Under the pieces are notes generated by a model, which saw nothing but the letters and a program-made list of their open reading frames with translations, was not told where the DNA came from and made no database searches. This document shows positions 1-12,508 of a DNA stretch of 64,000 bases, one piece after another; positions within the stretch are counted from its first letter, which is position 1, and the number at the start of each line of letters is the position of its first letter. Origin of the DNA: Lama glama (lineage: Eukaryota); the NCBI GenBank assembly GCA_028534125.1, contig CM052832.1:10914001-10978000 (forward strand), read 5' to 3'. Position numbers and translations under genes: made by a program.

Positions 1-291
1 GACGTATGCATGAGGTTTTATAGGGTTAATTACAAGTATGGGACTATTAGCCAATAAGACTCGAACAACAGAAAGCAAGGAATCAGTACACTAGAGCTTC
101 TCTATTAGGAAAAGACCACGTAACTGACACTTGTTGAGCTTGGATTTACGAGTTAGCTTGTTAGCCCAGTAAACCAACACTAAACTTCAGATTTACGAGT
201 TAGCCCAGCACAACTTAGATCAGTAAACTGACACTTGTTACACTTAGATTTATGAGTTATCTTGTTAGCCCAGCCCGGCTTATCCTTCACA
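1..291 (-). mobile_element. ERV1-type LTR, U3 part, cut by the window edge; same family as 37365-37774
   Basis: Reverse complement aligns without gaps to 37365-37655 (about 27 mismatches in 291 nt by hand count). It begins TGTGAAGGA on the minus strand and includes the CCCTATAAAA TATA region. Confidence 0.9.
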
Positions 292-1334
292 AAGGAACTG
301 AGGCCCGAAGTCACCAAGCCTGTGGGAAGCCAGGTTGTGCTTACAAACCAGAATATTTGAGGGCCCCTGTGCCAGCAGGAACGCAAGGGAGCTCGGTCTT
401 CCCTGAAGTGGGCAGCAGGAGAAATGAGATTCCTTCCACTCCTGGATGAAAATTCACCCCTTCCTGGTACAGAAAAAGGCCCTCTATTACATGGGATTCT
501 CTGGAGGGCCATACATGGTATCCAGCTGGAGTGCTGACCATCTCTGATAATTACCAGCTGGACAACTGAATTCATCGCTGAAGCCATGAGCATGGAGCAC
601 GCAACTGGGCACCTGCTATATTCCAGTCCTTGTGTGGTGCACTCGGGATAAACATTCGTCCTGTGTTCATTTAATCATCAGTTCCATGTAATAGATAGGA
701 AAGCCAAGTCCTAGTGAATGCCCGGGGAGAGATTTCCTAGCACAGGTGGGTCTGTCCTGGGCTCGCTCTGTCTCCCAGGCTGCCTGTTTGCTTTCAGGCT
801 GATTGTGGCTGTATGCAACCTGGATTCCCTCTGTATTTTGAAAAGGCTGACGAAAAGATGAGTTGGCACCTTCCCAGCTCACCCTGGAAGATGGGTTATC
901 GGGAGGGAAGGGGGTCACTGGCTGCGGGTGACCCGCAGCTAGTGAAGAGGAAGTAGTGGCTCTTTGGCTGGGAGGGAACTGGGCCTGGCAGAGAGTGTCG
1001 TGGGCCAGAGATTGACGTCTGTAATGCCTCATTAGGCAGGATTGTCTCAGCAGGAGCCCTGTTCCCTTAATCACTTAATCTTAATGTTGGTTTCCTTAAT
1101 GTGTATTTACCCTCCTGTCTTATCCCTTCTCTGGGCTGCTGTCACTGCTGTCATTAGAGCTGCATCTCAGATTCTGAGGCTGCTGAATGCTGGAGGAGGG
1201 GAAGCTGTGGGCCCAGGGGTTCAGGGGGAACTTCCTGCTCATCTTTCTGACTCAGTGTCCTCCGTGGAAAGCAAGGACTCAGGGTCCAGAGTCCCAGGGG
1301 GATGCTGAGGAGGAGAAATTAGGAGATACTCAAG

Positions 1335-1545
1335 TGATGCCGTCTAGTATGACAGCCACTAGCCACACCTGCCTCTTTACATTTGCATTTAAATTAATTA
1401 AAATTTAACAAAGTTAAAAATTTAGTTCATCAGTCAAACTAGCACTCACACTAGTGTTCAGTGGCCACACGTGGCTGGTGGTTACTATATTAGCTTGAAC
1501 AGAGCATTTCTATCATCACAGAAATTTCTATTGGATACTGCTATG
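1335..1545. mobile_element. hAT-Charlie MITE (MER3/MER33-like)
   Basis: Contains agccactagccacac...aaattaattaaaattt...gtggccacacgtggctggtgg...catttctatcatcacagaaatttctattgga, matching the recalled MER3 layout. Confidence 0.75.
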
Positions 1546-2424
1546 CTAAGGCGTTTCCTGTGTCTTAAGCATCTGATTCCTGGTTTGATTCCTGGGAGAT
1601 TCCCTGGTCTTCCTGGCCCTACATCCATCTGCAGCACCCAGTTCAGATGTGATGGGGCTGGGTACGTGGCACCCAACCTCCAAAACCAGAAGAGGGGTTG
1701 AGGTGATCTGTTTATCCATCCAGGAGTCAAGCCATTTATATTCCAACATGCATAACCCACATATAATGGGCCATTACAAGTTTAAAGCACTTCCATTTGT
1801 CTTATAATTAACCAGTTGTAAACGGGAGAGGAGGGTCCCTTTGCCTGGGGGATTGAAGGGAGGTTTCAAAGTAAGGAAACCAGAGAGCATCAAAAATGAG
1901 GTGGTGTTGGACTTCCCAGGTGTGAGAGTTGTCCCCTGCTGGTCTTTTCCTTCCAAAATGAACATTTCCTAAAGTGCAGGACCACAGCACAGAGGAATCA
2001 GTTTTTAGATGGGCTGCTTTAAGCAGCACCAAAGAAAAGGAGGGAGAAGGGAGGGAGGCAAAGAGGAATCAGAAAGACAGGGAGCGTCCTGACAGCACAA
2101 AACCCCTTAAGCCTGCCGGGCTCCCTGGATGGGCCTCAAGGGTTTCGAGTCACTTTGTCATCTTGTGTGGTGCTTGGAAAGTGTTGCCGAGGGGCCTGGG
2201 TGCGGATGACTCTCAGGCCTGTGGTGCTGATGGGGAAGTGAAGGCTCAGAGAGGTTCAGGGCCTTGGCTGCATGAGCCTCACCCTGGCCTCCCTTGGGCC
2301 TCCTGTGGTCCTGTCATCAGGGCCCTCAGAGATTTAATTAGTTAGGGTAGGATCCAGGAGTCAGTATTTTAAAATAATTACCAGGTGTTATCATGTACAG
2401 CAGAGATTGAGAGCTACTGAGTTG

Positions 2425-2550
2425 GTCCAAGCTTTAGTCTACAGATAGGAAAACGGAAGCACGGTGAGAAACATGAGGACATGTGCTTAAGGTCGCTTCA
2501 CTGATTATTTGCTAAAATGGGACTTGAACCCAAGTGTCCCCATTACACCT
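2425..2550 (-). mobile_element. MIR SINE fragment, preceded by a MER5-like fragment at about 2320-2420
   Basis: tacagataggaaaacggaagcac...aaggtcgc...gggacttgaacccaag is the MIR core in reverse orientation. Confidence 0.6.
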
Positions 2551-3534
2551 TCAGTGCTCTTTCTCTTTGGATAACTGATTGCCCTTGTCCCATGAAGAGT
2601 TGGGAGGCCTTTTGAAGGTGTTACTAGATTTGGCATGGAGTTGTGGGGCGTTTTAAGCCGAGGGGAACTAAGCCTGGGGCTAGTGGTCCAGGGATTCTGA
2701 GGGACTAGAACCACAAAAGGGACCTTAAATGTCTGACATGCACTGTAAACAGTAGCACACCTTACCTATGCCAGTTTCTGTTGTGAGAGTGATCATAAGT
2801 GTGAGTGAGCGCTTGATCATTGTTTTTCAAGCCCATAGTTATGTAAAAGAAAAAGGCTGCCACTCAACATTTGATATAAAAAGTTATGGCCAAGAGACTC
2901 CCCTCAGCTCAGCTTCCCTTGGGAGCCTTCATCTAACAGGGGCCGTGTTGCTTTTTCCTTACACAGCTAGGTTGGTGCCTGACACCCAGTTTAGGAATAT
3001 ATGCACAGGTGATAAAAAGTTTTTAAAAAGATTAAACTAAGAAATAACTGACATCACAGAGGGGGATGGCTTCATTATTAGCTTTAATAATGGAGAGATA
3101 TGCTAGGAACAATCTCACCAAGCAAAACAGACTGCTGGATTTATGTATTTTTGGAGTCAGGGACAATTTGGGAGTTGTAATGGTTTTAAAGACCAGAGTA
3201 GGATGTGTTAGCCTTGGAAATGTGCTTACACAGGCAAGACTTCACTAGCGTAAGTTGGCTACTGATTGACCTTCAGTGGCTGTCATTGATTGGTTGGTTT
3301 TCAATGAAGCAAGTTATCATTGATACATGACTGAGGCAGGTTGTCATTGATTAATCAGACAGATTTAAACTAGTCCTATAAAATCAGCCCTTTCCTAGGT
3401 ATATAGAGTCTTCACTTTAATTCTCAGCTGATTGTTCAAAATTATCAGTTAAAAAAAGATTTTTGTTTTCAGATTTGGGGGGAGAAACAAAACAAACAAA
3501 CAAACAAAAACCAGATGCTTAGCATAATAGTTCA

Positions 3535-3800
3535 AAATAGACCCAGGGTGAAATATATTATTGTGAAATTTCAGAACACTAGGGACACATGGAGAAGATA
3601 CCAAAAGCTTCCAAAGAAATAAAAGTCACATATAAAGGATCAGGACTCAGAATGCCTTTTGACTTCTCAAAGGCAACTGAAAGCTAGAAAGCAATGAAGC
3701 AAGATCTTTAAAATTCTGTAGGAAAATGATCTTTGACCTAGAATTCTATATCCAGCCAAACTATCACCCAAGAGTAAGGGCAGGATATTTTTAAATATGT
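3535..3800 (+). mobile_element. Old L1/HAL1 ORF1 C-terminal fossil
   Basis: Broken frames give YIIVKFQNTRD, VTYKGSGLRM.FDFS and RILYPAKLS, which are L1 ORF1p motifs; stops and frameshifts are present. Confidence 0.85.
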
Positions 3801-4247
3801 AGAATATAAAAAAAAATACACCTCCTTTGCACCCTTTCTCAATGGTATGCTCTGGGATGTGCTTCACTAAAACCAGAGAATAGATGAAGAAGGAGGAAAA
3901 TATGAAATACAAGAGGAGACGCATTACAGGGAATGAGACCCTATTATGACAGCTGTAGGACAGGCATGGAGGGCATTTGGTCCGGATATGTGTGACTCAT
4001 GAGATACTGAAGACTTAGAAATGAGGATCTGGCTGCCTACCTTAAAAAAAAAAATCTACAGATGAAATTTCTGGTAAGTTTGGCCCAGCTTCTCACCTGC
4101 TCTAGGCTTGTGTTAACTGCATGCCCAGTTGACTGCTCCCAGACTATGACTGAAAGACTCAGGTCAGCTCAGTTTCCCTTGGGAGCTTTCATCTAACAGG
4201 AACCGTGCTGCCCAGTCCTTACACAGCTAGGTTGGTGCCTGACACTA

Positions 4248-4560
4248 GTTTAGGGATAGATGCATACATGGTGACAAGTAAAAATAAAGGATGATTAAGA
4301 CAGAACACTATGATGGTTACCCCTGTGGGTGAGGGATTATGCAACTGGGAAGTGACACACAGGGGCTTCTAAGGTTCTGGTGTTTCTTAACATTAAATAA
4401 CCTTATACTGATTCTTTAAACTGTAACTATGAGTTATTAAACATACTTTTTAGATATTTTCTTTTATTTTTATTGAGGTATAGTTGGTTTACAATATGAT
4501 AGTAACAATGTTTTTATACTCTTCTGTCTGTATGATACATTTCACAATTTAAAAAAATCT
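4248..4560 (+). mobile_element. L1ME-like 3' UTR fragment
   Basis: gtttagggatagatgcatac...gatggttacccctgtggg...caggggcttctaaggttctgg, ending in an A-rich tail. Confidence 0.6.
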
Positions 4561-4820
4561 CTATCTTGATATAAATAAACCAGTGGTCCTGCTTACTAAG
4601 CATCTTTCTGAAGGTGCATTATTTTCATTACTAAAGAAAGCTCAATAAAAACTCCAAAAGGTTAAGATGAACAGCTGCACTGTTCTCTTCCTGCTACAGC
4701 AGAAGAGATTATTTTTAAAAAATAAATAAACTGATGTCTGACTGTTTTGAAGCCTAGATGGAATGGAACACTTTTCATTTTGTTGATTACCCTTTATATT
4801 TATTAACTGCTAAACAAATG

Positions 4821-4850
4821 TACACGCACGCGCGCACACACACACACACG

Positions 4851-4894
<44 letters not shown>
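4821..4894. repeat. Compound (CA)n/(CG)n microsatellite
   Basis: About 74 nt of uninterrupted purine-pyrimidine alternation, read directly. Confidence 0.97.
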
Positions 4895-4897
<3 letters not shown>

Positions 4898-5329
4898 ACC
4901 AGTGACTGTTATATTGGAGAAGCTGGCAGATTCTCTTACCCTTCATCACAAAATTATACCTGGAACCTCCCTTTTGGTGGCTGACACCAGATGGGAACAG
5001 GAAGAGGAGGAGAAGGGTATCTTTACTCTACGAGTGTTTGTCTGAGTAAGAGAATGTGCCCCACATGAGTAGTGGAGTTGACAGTGACCTCAGCCAGCAG
5101 TAGAACTGTGGTCAAAGAATGTCTGGCTCTCCCCAGTCAGACTGGCTGCTCTTGGTGGGGCAGGGACTAAACAAGATGAAGGAAAGAAAGGTGAACTATA
5201 GTCATTCCAATATTCAGTCATCTTGGAGAACATAGTGAGGGTCCCTGTGATGAAAACACAGAGGGAGGATCAGTCCCCTGCCCTGTCCACAGAGAGGAAC
5301 ATGCTAGATGTAACAGAGAGGGACTCTTA

Positions 5330-5520
5330 TCAGTCAGGATTCAACTGAAGAAGCAGATGCACCTACACTGACCTTCAGAGAGTAAGCAGGACTACTGTTT
5401 CACTTCTGCCTGGCAAAAACCTCACTCAGTTTTCTCTTGTGGCCAACTCTAGCCTGAAACCATGCATTCTAGGAAAAGCACTCCCCCATAGCTAAGTTAA
5501 CAGAAAATAAGGCCACCACA
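5330..5520 (-). mobile_element. ERVL-class LTR remnant
   Basis: tcagtcaggattcaactgaagaagcag...gctaagttaacagaaaataaggccaccaca, adjacent to ERVL internal sequence. Confidence 0.5.
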
Positions 5521-5879
5521 GTCCACACCTTAAGGATTTGACATCCATACATCTCTCTTTCTTTCTTTCTTTCTTTCTCTGTCTCTTTTCCAATCATAAA
5601 TACATCAGCACATTTTATTTTTAATGTCTAACAGTTGACAAAGTGTTTTTCTACACATGATTGCATTTGATCCCAACATACTATTACTAATAAAAATAAG
5701 ATACCATTGAGTGCCTCTCATATTTCTTAAGCCATGTCATTATAACCTTTGCAAATCTAGTGGGTAATGCATTTTTTTCCCATTTTCAGATAAGGAAATT
5801 GGGGTACACATCTCTTTATATTGACTTTCCAAATACAGACAATAGCAAAGTCAAGCTTCTGCCTAACATGAAGCAACTC

Positions 5880-6800
5880 TGTCCCTCGTACAACTGAAAA
5901 CACCCCAACCCTCTCTTCAAAAGAGAAGATCATTCTTTTATCCATCTTTGTGTTAACTCCCTTCTGGCTATGTCACATCTTTGCCTTAATATTGTGTAAC
6001 TTAAGCACTGAGATATAAAATTAACTACTATTAATACATGATGATAGGAGATAAGGGGAGGAAAAATGGGTTAATACATATAAAATATATTCATATCAAA
6101 ATAAGGAGAAATACTCATAACCACTCCTGAATCTGGTTATGTGGTTGTGGCTGGTATTTATAACTTAAGCTTCTTCATGATTCATTTTACATTTACTTTG
6201 CCCATTAGAAAGCACCTTAAACAGTCATGGTTCTTTGCCTGGTGGGCTGATGCAAAATTTTACTCCTTAAGATTCTGGGTCACTGGGTTGTTGTAATTTT
6301 CCATTAAATCACAGGACCTGGGAGTGTTATGAGGCACTCCAGGAGATTGCCAGTGTTCCATAAATTCCTCCTTACCTACCTTGTATTCCCAATTCCCCTT
6401 GTAAGGCAGGATTCATCACCCAGCTAACTTCTGTCTTTGTCTGTTGATTCACTGGCATGAAGGGCCCAGAGTGGCCAGGTGGCAATCTCAGTTTCTATTT
6501 AATGGAACCATAGTTCTGTTCCCTGGCGGAAACATTCCTCTCTTGGCAACAGAGCTCAAAGTAATGGGGATGAGAAGGAAAATTTTGCTAGTGACTATCT
6601 AGGGGTAACAGTGAGAGGAGCCACTCTCGTTGCCACCCCTTGATTCCTATCCCCATAAATTCTGCTATAGGTAAAAATATGTCAGTTAGTGGTTCAAAGC
6701 ATATACCACATCCTGGAGAGCATTGCCTCTACCTATAAGGTGTTGCCACCCGGCTGGAGCAGAAACCAAATCTTCAAATGACTGTTCCACTTGGTATTTC
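5880..6800 (-). mobile_element. ERVL internal 3' region with a decayed dUTPase domain
   Basis: Minus strand 6390-6560 reads PPGNRTMVPLN, LRLPPGHSGPFMPVNQQ and QGELG, matching the ERVL dUTPase pattern PPGDTTMIPLNWKLRLPPGHFG. Confidence 0.8.
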
Positions 6801-6949
6801 CTACTAGGATAGCCCTCACTCCCCAGGTTAGAAACCAATTTGGGGGATTCTTCCAGCTTCTGTGTTTATTCCAATTATAAATTCTTAAAATACCTACAGG
6901 GTGGGCATGGGGACCCAGTGGGCCCACTGTGATTACCTCACCACCATCT

Positions 6950-7280
6950 CCATCCTCTCTCCCTGGGTGACCTGCAGGAGGAGCTGGTGCTCTGGCTGCA
7001 GGGCCACACTCACCTGGCCTGAGATCTCACCAGAGCTGGAGGGGATGAGGGCCCTGCTGCCGCCCACACCAGCCAGGAAAGTTAGCAGATTTTCCAGACA
7101 TGTGAGAGCTAAGACACAACCTGAATCTCAACCTTCAGGGAGCAAGTGTGGCTGCTGCCTTATTTCTACCTTCCAAAGCTGCAAACTTCTGTGGCTCTCA
7201 CCAAACCCATACGGGGAAGGGGGTTCTGAGAAACGCAGTTCAGCTTAGCTAAGTCCACGGGTTATAAAGCCATCATAGCA
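6950..7280 (-). mobile_element. ERVL-class LTR remnant
   Basis: ggggaagggggttctgagaaacgcagttcagcttagctaag resembles the terminus of the LTR at 5330-5520. Confidence 0.45.
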
Positions 7281-7999
7281 TCCCAAGCAGCTAGAAATTC
7301 ACGTGCAAATGAACAGACAGGAGAAACAGTCCAGTGTTCTGGGCAGTCGATGGATATTTATGTCTGTTCCCAGTCTCCCCTTTAAATGGACCCAGCCTAT
7401 CCACACGGGGACAGTGAGGAAAGCTGTTATTGGATAACACATTCCAGGCCATATCCCAATCAGGCACTCTGTCTGGACCTTCACTTTTCTGGTTTTCACT
7501 GTCTCAGGTCTTACTCTATATTCTGGCTCTGGCCCTGGGCCATCAGGTTAGTGACCTGCTCTTGAGTCCACCTTCTGCCTCTGTCCTGGTCCTGACCTCT
7601 GGCTTCTCTGTAAATCCTAAAAGATGCCCGGTTGCTATAGCCCCATGGGCTCTACTTGCAAAAGTCTACTGTCCACCAACCCCAGTAAAGAGAGGGATGA
7701 CGGAAAGTAGGTAAATGAACCATGCAAATGGGTAATAATAATGCTGCTGCTGCTGGTATATTTTCTAGCCTCTGTGACTCTTTAATTTCTTTCTTTTCTG
7801 TGCTAAGTCTGGACTGGGTGGAATGAATTATGCCCCTTCCAAGCTGCTTTGAGGGGCCAGTGAGAAATAGAGCTCATGTGAGCTTTGGTTAAGAAAATCT
7901 TGTAGTTGTTGGGAACATAGTGTGAAAATAGCCTGTTCCTACTCCCTGAAAAATGGTTTGTTTGGTTTTACTCATTAAATGTGTATAGTTACACCTTAA

Positions 8000-10270
8000 A
8001 GTAGTTTCCATCTGCATTTCTTTAATTGATAGTGTGAATACCTTTTTCAGTGAGATGATTTACCAGCTAAATTTCCTTGAGTTCGCATTTTCTTCTCATC
8101 TCTTATTTTGTGGAATCTGGGTATCAATCTTGTATATTTTATCAAGTCTTCATATATTTTGGACAGTAAATTTTTCTGATTATATTCAAATATATTTTCC
8201 CTTTTCTGTTGCTTTCCTTCTGATATTTATTTTATTGCTTTTTATTGTACAAAAGTCCTTGGTTTTATGGATTTCAACACATCCATCTTGTTCTTGCTGA
8301 TAACCTCCATTTTTAATATTCATAAATTTATTTTCCCCAGAACTGAGATAAATATTCTGTTACAGTTTCTTCTATATTTTTTTATGGTTTGGGTTTTTAT
8401 ATTTATCTCTGATCCTTCTGGAGTCTGTAGAGAGTAGTATTTAAGAGCCTGGGCTTTGGAGTCAAAAAGATATGAGTTCAAATTCTGTCTTTTCTCCTTA
8501 CCTCCCACATAACCTTGGAAAAACATCGCCTGTCTTCTCTGAAGCTATTTTCTCAGATTAGTTCACCATAATCACCTTTTCTTTTGGATATATATTTTAA
8601 TGGTGAAATATAATCCCTAAATTTCATAAAACACACATGGATACCTTATTACCTTTTCTAAATTATTTCATCATCATTCAGTTCCCCAACTGGATTCCAC
8701 TCTAAGGTATCCCATGGAAGTCTGAATTTGAATTGCTTTATATCTCACATTTATATTGTCCAAGTGCACCAGGAGAACTGCTGGCTAAAGTAATCCCCAA
8801 CAAGAGGGTGTTTGGAGGTTGACCAATTGAGACAGCAGCCACTAGTTCATCTGACCAGTGGGATAGCTCACCCAGAAGGGATGCCTCAAAATGAATGCAC
8901 AGAAAAATGTGCCAAAAATTGGGACCTGAAAAATCAGTGAATGGAAATCAGAATTGGAAAGGTTAGGCAGAGGTGGTGATGAAGAAATGAACAAAGCAGA
9001 AAGTAAGCTGGCAATACTGGTGATGTGGACATGACACCACCCTGGGTATCAATGAGGTGGTCCTTTTACAGTGGCACTGCACCTGGGTAGACAGGCTGGG
9101 AGCACTAGTGGGGCTGGGGAGCCCCAGGGAAAACCTCGGTGTGCTGTTACCTTATTGCATTTGGTATCCCTAGGCCTAAGGTGGTTTTCTCTTTCTAGGC
9201 ATTAATGTCTTCATTTTGCCATTAAATGTGTATAATGTTATTTGGATAAACCTCTCATGGTGCAGGTGGATATTCAACATTTTTATTACCATAAATGGGC
9301 TCTTTGTTTTTATTTTATTTCCAGTGTGCTACTAGTCTATAACAACACAATTGATTTTTGAAGCTGCATCTTATATCCCATAACTCTGCAAAATTCATTT
9401 ATTACCTCTAATAAATTTTGGGTTGATTTCTTTTGATTCTCTAGGTCACTGATGAAAAGAAACATTTTTATTCCTTACCTTCATTATTTGTGTCTTTTAT
9501 TGTTTTCCCTCTCGAAAAGTTATTGCAGGCTCTTCGAGCACAGTATTAAAATAGATACAATGAAGAAGGCATCTTTGGGTCCTATTTTGTTTTTGTTTCT
9601 TTAAGAATATAACCCTAAGGCTTGTCCATCGTGTATAACGTGCCTTGCATTTAACTGACACTTATGTGTAGGTTGAAATGAGATGAATAATCCATTTTAA
9701 ATAAGTGAAAGAAGCTATCCGTCTAATCTTAAAGACGTGTATACTTGTATAAGATGGAATTTTAAATCTGCCAAAGTGATTTCTGGTGTGTATTAAGGTA
9801 ATGGAATGACATTTGCTATTTTGTTTTTCTGCTAATATGGTTAGCTGTGTTGAGGCTTCTAATTTCTCTATGATGGTTTGAAATCCATGATTAATCCTGG
9901 TTTGGGTTTCATAAATAATTCTCTTAAGGTGCTGTATTTTGTTTCCTAATTTTTTGTATCTATTTTTCCAAAGTGAATTGTTCCAGTTTGCTTTCATAGT
10001 TGGCATCTGTCAGATGTGAGAATTAGCCTGTATTTGCCTCCAAAAATGTTAACATTTCACCTTTTTTTTTTAATTCTTAAAGACTACATAAAACTCAAAT
10101 GTCCTTGATTTTCTGAAGGTTACGCACCTCGGGAATCCATCTGGAGTAGCTCCTTGTGCAGGATAAATCTTCAGTAACACCACTTACTATTTCTTATTCT
10201 GTTATTAGTCTGATTGTGTTCTCTGTTTCATATTAGTTCTTGGAATTTAAAAATATGTATGAGGGATTAT
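8000..10270 (-). mobile_element. Old L1M ORF2/3' fragments, interrupted by a + strand MIR (about 8425-8570) and other inserts
   Basis: T-rich antisense L1 phrases such as ctgcatttctttaattgatagtg, acaattgattttt...cttatatcc, and acaatgaagaaggcatctttg. Confidence 0.65.
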
Positions 10271-11715
10271 GTATTTCCAGTTAGATATCAGCTTTATTAC
10301 CATGGAACAGAGAGTATTCTTCTACTAAGTTATAATAAATACAAAAGAAAAACACATTTCCTTTCTCATTTACTGATTTTATTAATAATCGCATCAGGGC
10401 TAGGGCTCTGCCTGGTTTACCTATTTTCCTGCAGAGCCAATTACAGTGTCAAACCCACTGCAGGCATTAAATAAATCTGTATGGAATGAGTGAAATAAAG
10501 GGGGAGTCCCTTTCTGCATGGGATGTAAGTTTAGTTTTCATAGTTGTCTCCTCCTCTGTTTTACTTCCGATTCGTACTTCATCTTTATATCTTGGGAGCC
10601 TGGACTACTCGATGAAATAATATATTTTTTAATGATGTATATCTTGCCTAGTCCAAAAAAGGTGGATTGAAATCTTAAAGGGTATGCAAATATTATAATT
10701 TTAAAGATAATCAAAAATGTTAAGGGTAGGAAAATGGACATGTTAAGCACTGAGAAGTGTTAGATACTTGTAATAAAATGGTAAAAATTTAATCTTTATA
10801 TCTTATGGTCTCTCCCAGTGTGTGTTTAATTTCCTGACAGTGTTGACTTTATGTGATTAAATGTGGAGACTGTCAAAGTGGAGATCCACTTGCCTCTTCT
10901 AAAGTCTCTGTGTTTTCCCTCTTTACTTAGTTGGGTGCTCTGGGCTCTTGCTGCTGCTTCTAACAGTCTTCCTACCTGGAGATTTCCTTCTGACTGTGCC
11001 TGGCCAGGGAAAGGCCAATTCTCCATGCCTGGTACAATTTCTTCCCGAGCTGCACTCTTGTCCTGTGGTCTGTGAAAGAGGCTGAGATTTGCCTCAATTC
11101 TTCCAACTTTAAGTATGAACTTTCTTTTCTCCTTGGCCCCCTTTAAGAATCCTTTCTTTGTCTTTAAAGTTTAAAACAATTCACAAGTTGGTTTGGTTTC
11201 TAGGGTGAGGGATTGGGGTGTGGGAGGAGCTTTCTCTGAGAAATGCACCTGCTTGATATACCCTCTGAGACTGTTTTTCTTTTCCTGGTACTTTTGTTGA
11301 ATTTCTTTCTTTTTAAAATGTATCTTGTGTGTTGGGCTTTCTCTGCTTCTCCTGGTAAACCCTGTACATTCACAGAGAAATTTTCATGATCTGTTTTAAA
11401 GCTCCTCATTTATCCTTTTAACAAAAATGCACGGTCACCTGTTGTAGTCCTGGGTTCTGACGGAGAGCTAGTTCCTGAGCTAGAGACCCAGGTAGGAGTC
11501 TGATCTGGTGCACTAGGCAGCTCCAAATCTGGCTGTTGGAGGATGTGGTTTAGGAATGAGTGAGCTGAGAGGCCAGAGCTGGCATATTGAGTTAAGAACA
11601 ACAGGTTACAACCTACTGAGTGAGGAGGCACGAGCCACCCACAGAGGGAGGCAGGTAGCTCCCTCAGCATCCCAGCTCCCACTTGGGAATGTGAAAACTC
11701 CAGGGTTGTTTTGAC

Positions 11716-12508
11716 TGAAGATGTAGTTTAGATACACCCATCCAAAGGAAGTGGGGTCACAAGATTTATTACTTGCAGATCCCAGAAGCGAGGGGGCACA
11801 GAGACCCAGGGGAAGGGCAGCCCTCTGTCCCAGTTCAAGAGCAAACAGAGCAGGGCAGCAAACTCCTACGTATAAGGTGGTTGGGGCTGGGGCCCCTAAC
11901 TTTTCAAGGGCTTAATACTAAGTGGTCATTTTATTATTATTTTTTTAATTGAAGTATAGTCAGTTACAATGTGCCAATTTCTGGTGCAGAGCACAATGTT
12001 CCAGCCATAAATATATATACATATTTTTGTTTTCATATTCTTTTTCATTAAAGGTTATTACAAGATATTGAATATAGTTCCTTGTGCTATATAGAAGAAA
12101 TTTGTTGTTTATCTTTTTTTTTGTATGTAGTAGTTAATATTTGCAAATCTTGAGCTCCTAAATTTATCCCTTCCCACCTTCTTGCCCCCAGTAACCATAA
12201 GATTGTTTATTATGTCTGTGAGTCTGTTTCTGTTTTATAGATGAGTTCATTAGTGTCTTCTTTTTTCAGATTCCATAAATGAGTGGCATATGGTATTTTT
12301 CTTTCTCTTTCTAGCTTACTTCACTAAGTGGTCATTTAAAAAGTTGCCCTAGGGAAAGCAAAGTGGGCACTTCTGGGAGGCAGATAGTCTCTGTCTCAAT
12401 GTCCAGACTCTGAGTATGAGCAGGGTGATCACACAGTAAAATGCCCAGGCAGCAACTCAGGAAAACAAAAGGTAATTTTTCCCCCCTCAGATGTTACTTT
12501 TCTCATCA
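11716..12508 (-). mobile_element. Solo LTR (probably ERV1-class) split by an L1 insertion
   Basis: Reverse AATAAA (tttatt, about 11765) and a TATA-like site at about 11871; sequence resumes after the L1 TSD; outer boundaries uncertain. Confidence 0.5.
11932..12322 (-). mobile_element. Young 5'-truncated L1 3' end with a 15-bp TSD
   Basis: TSD actaagtggtcattt at 11917-11931 and 12323-12337; T-rich tail followed by ttaattgaagtatagtcagttacaat, typical of cetartiodactyl L1 ends. Confidence 0.92.

Noticed and set aside
100..280. CRISPR-like or regularly spaced repeats
   Set aside because: Irregular internal repeats of an ERV LTR U3 in mammalian DNA; no constant repeat-spacer period.
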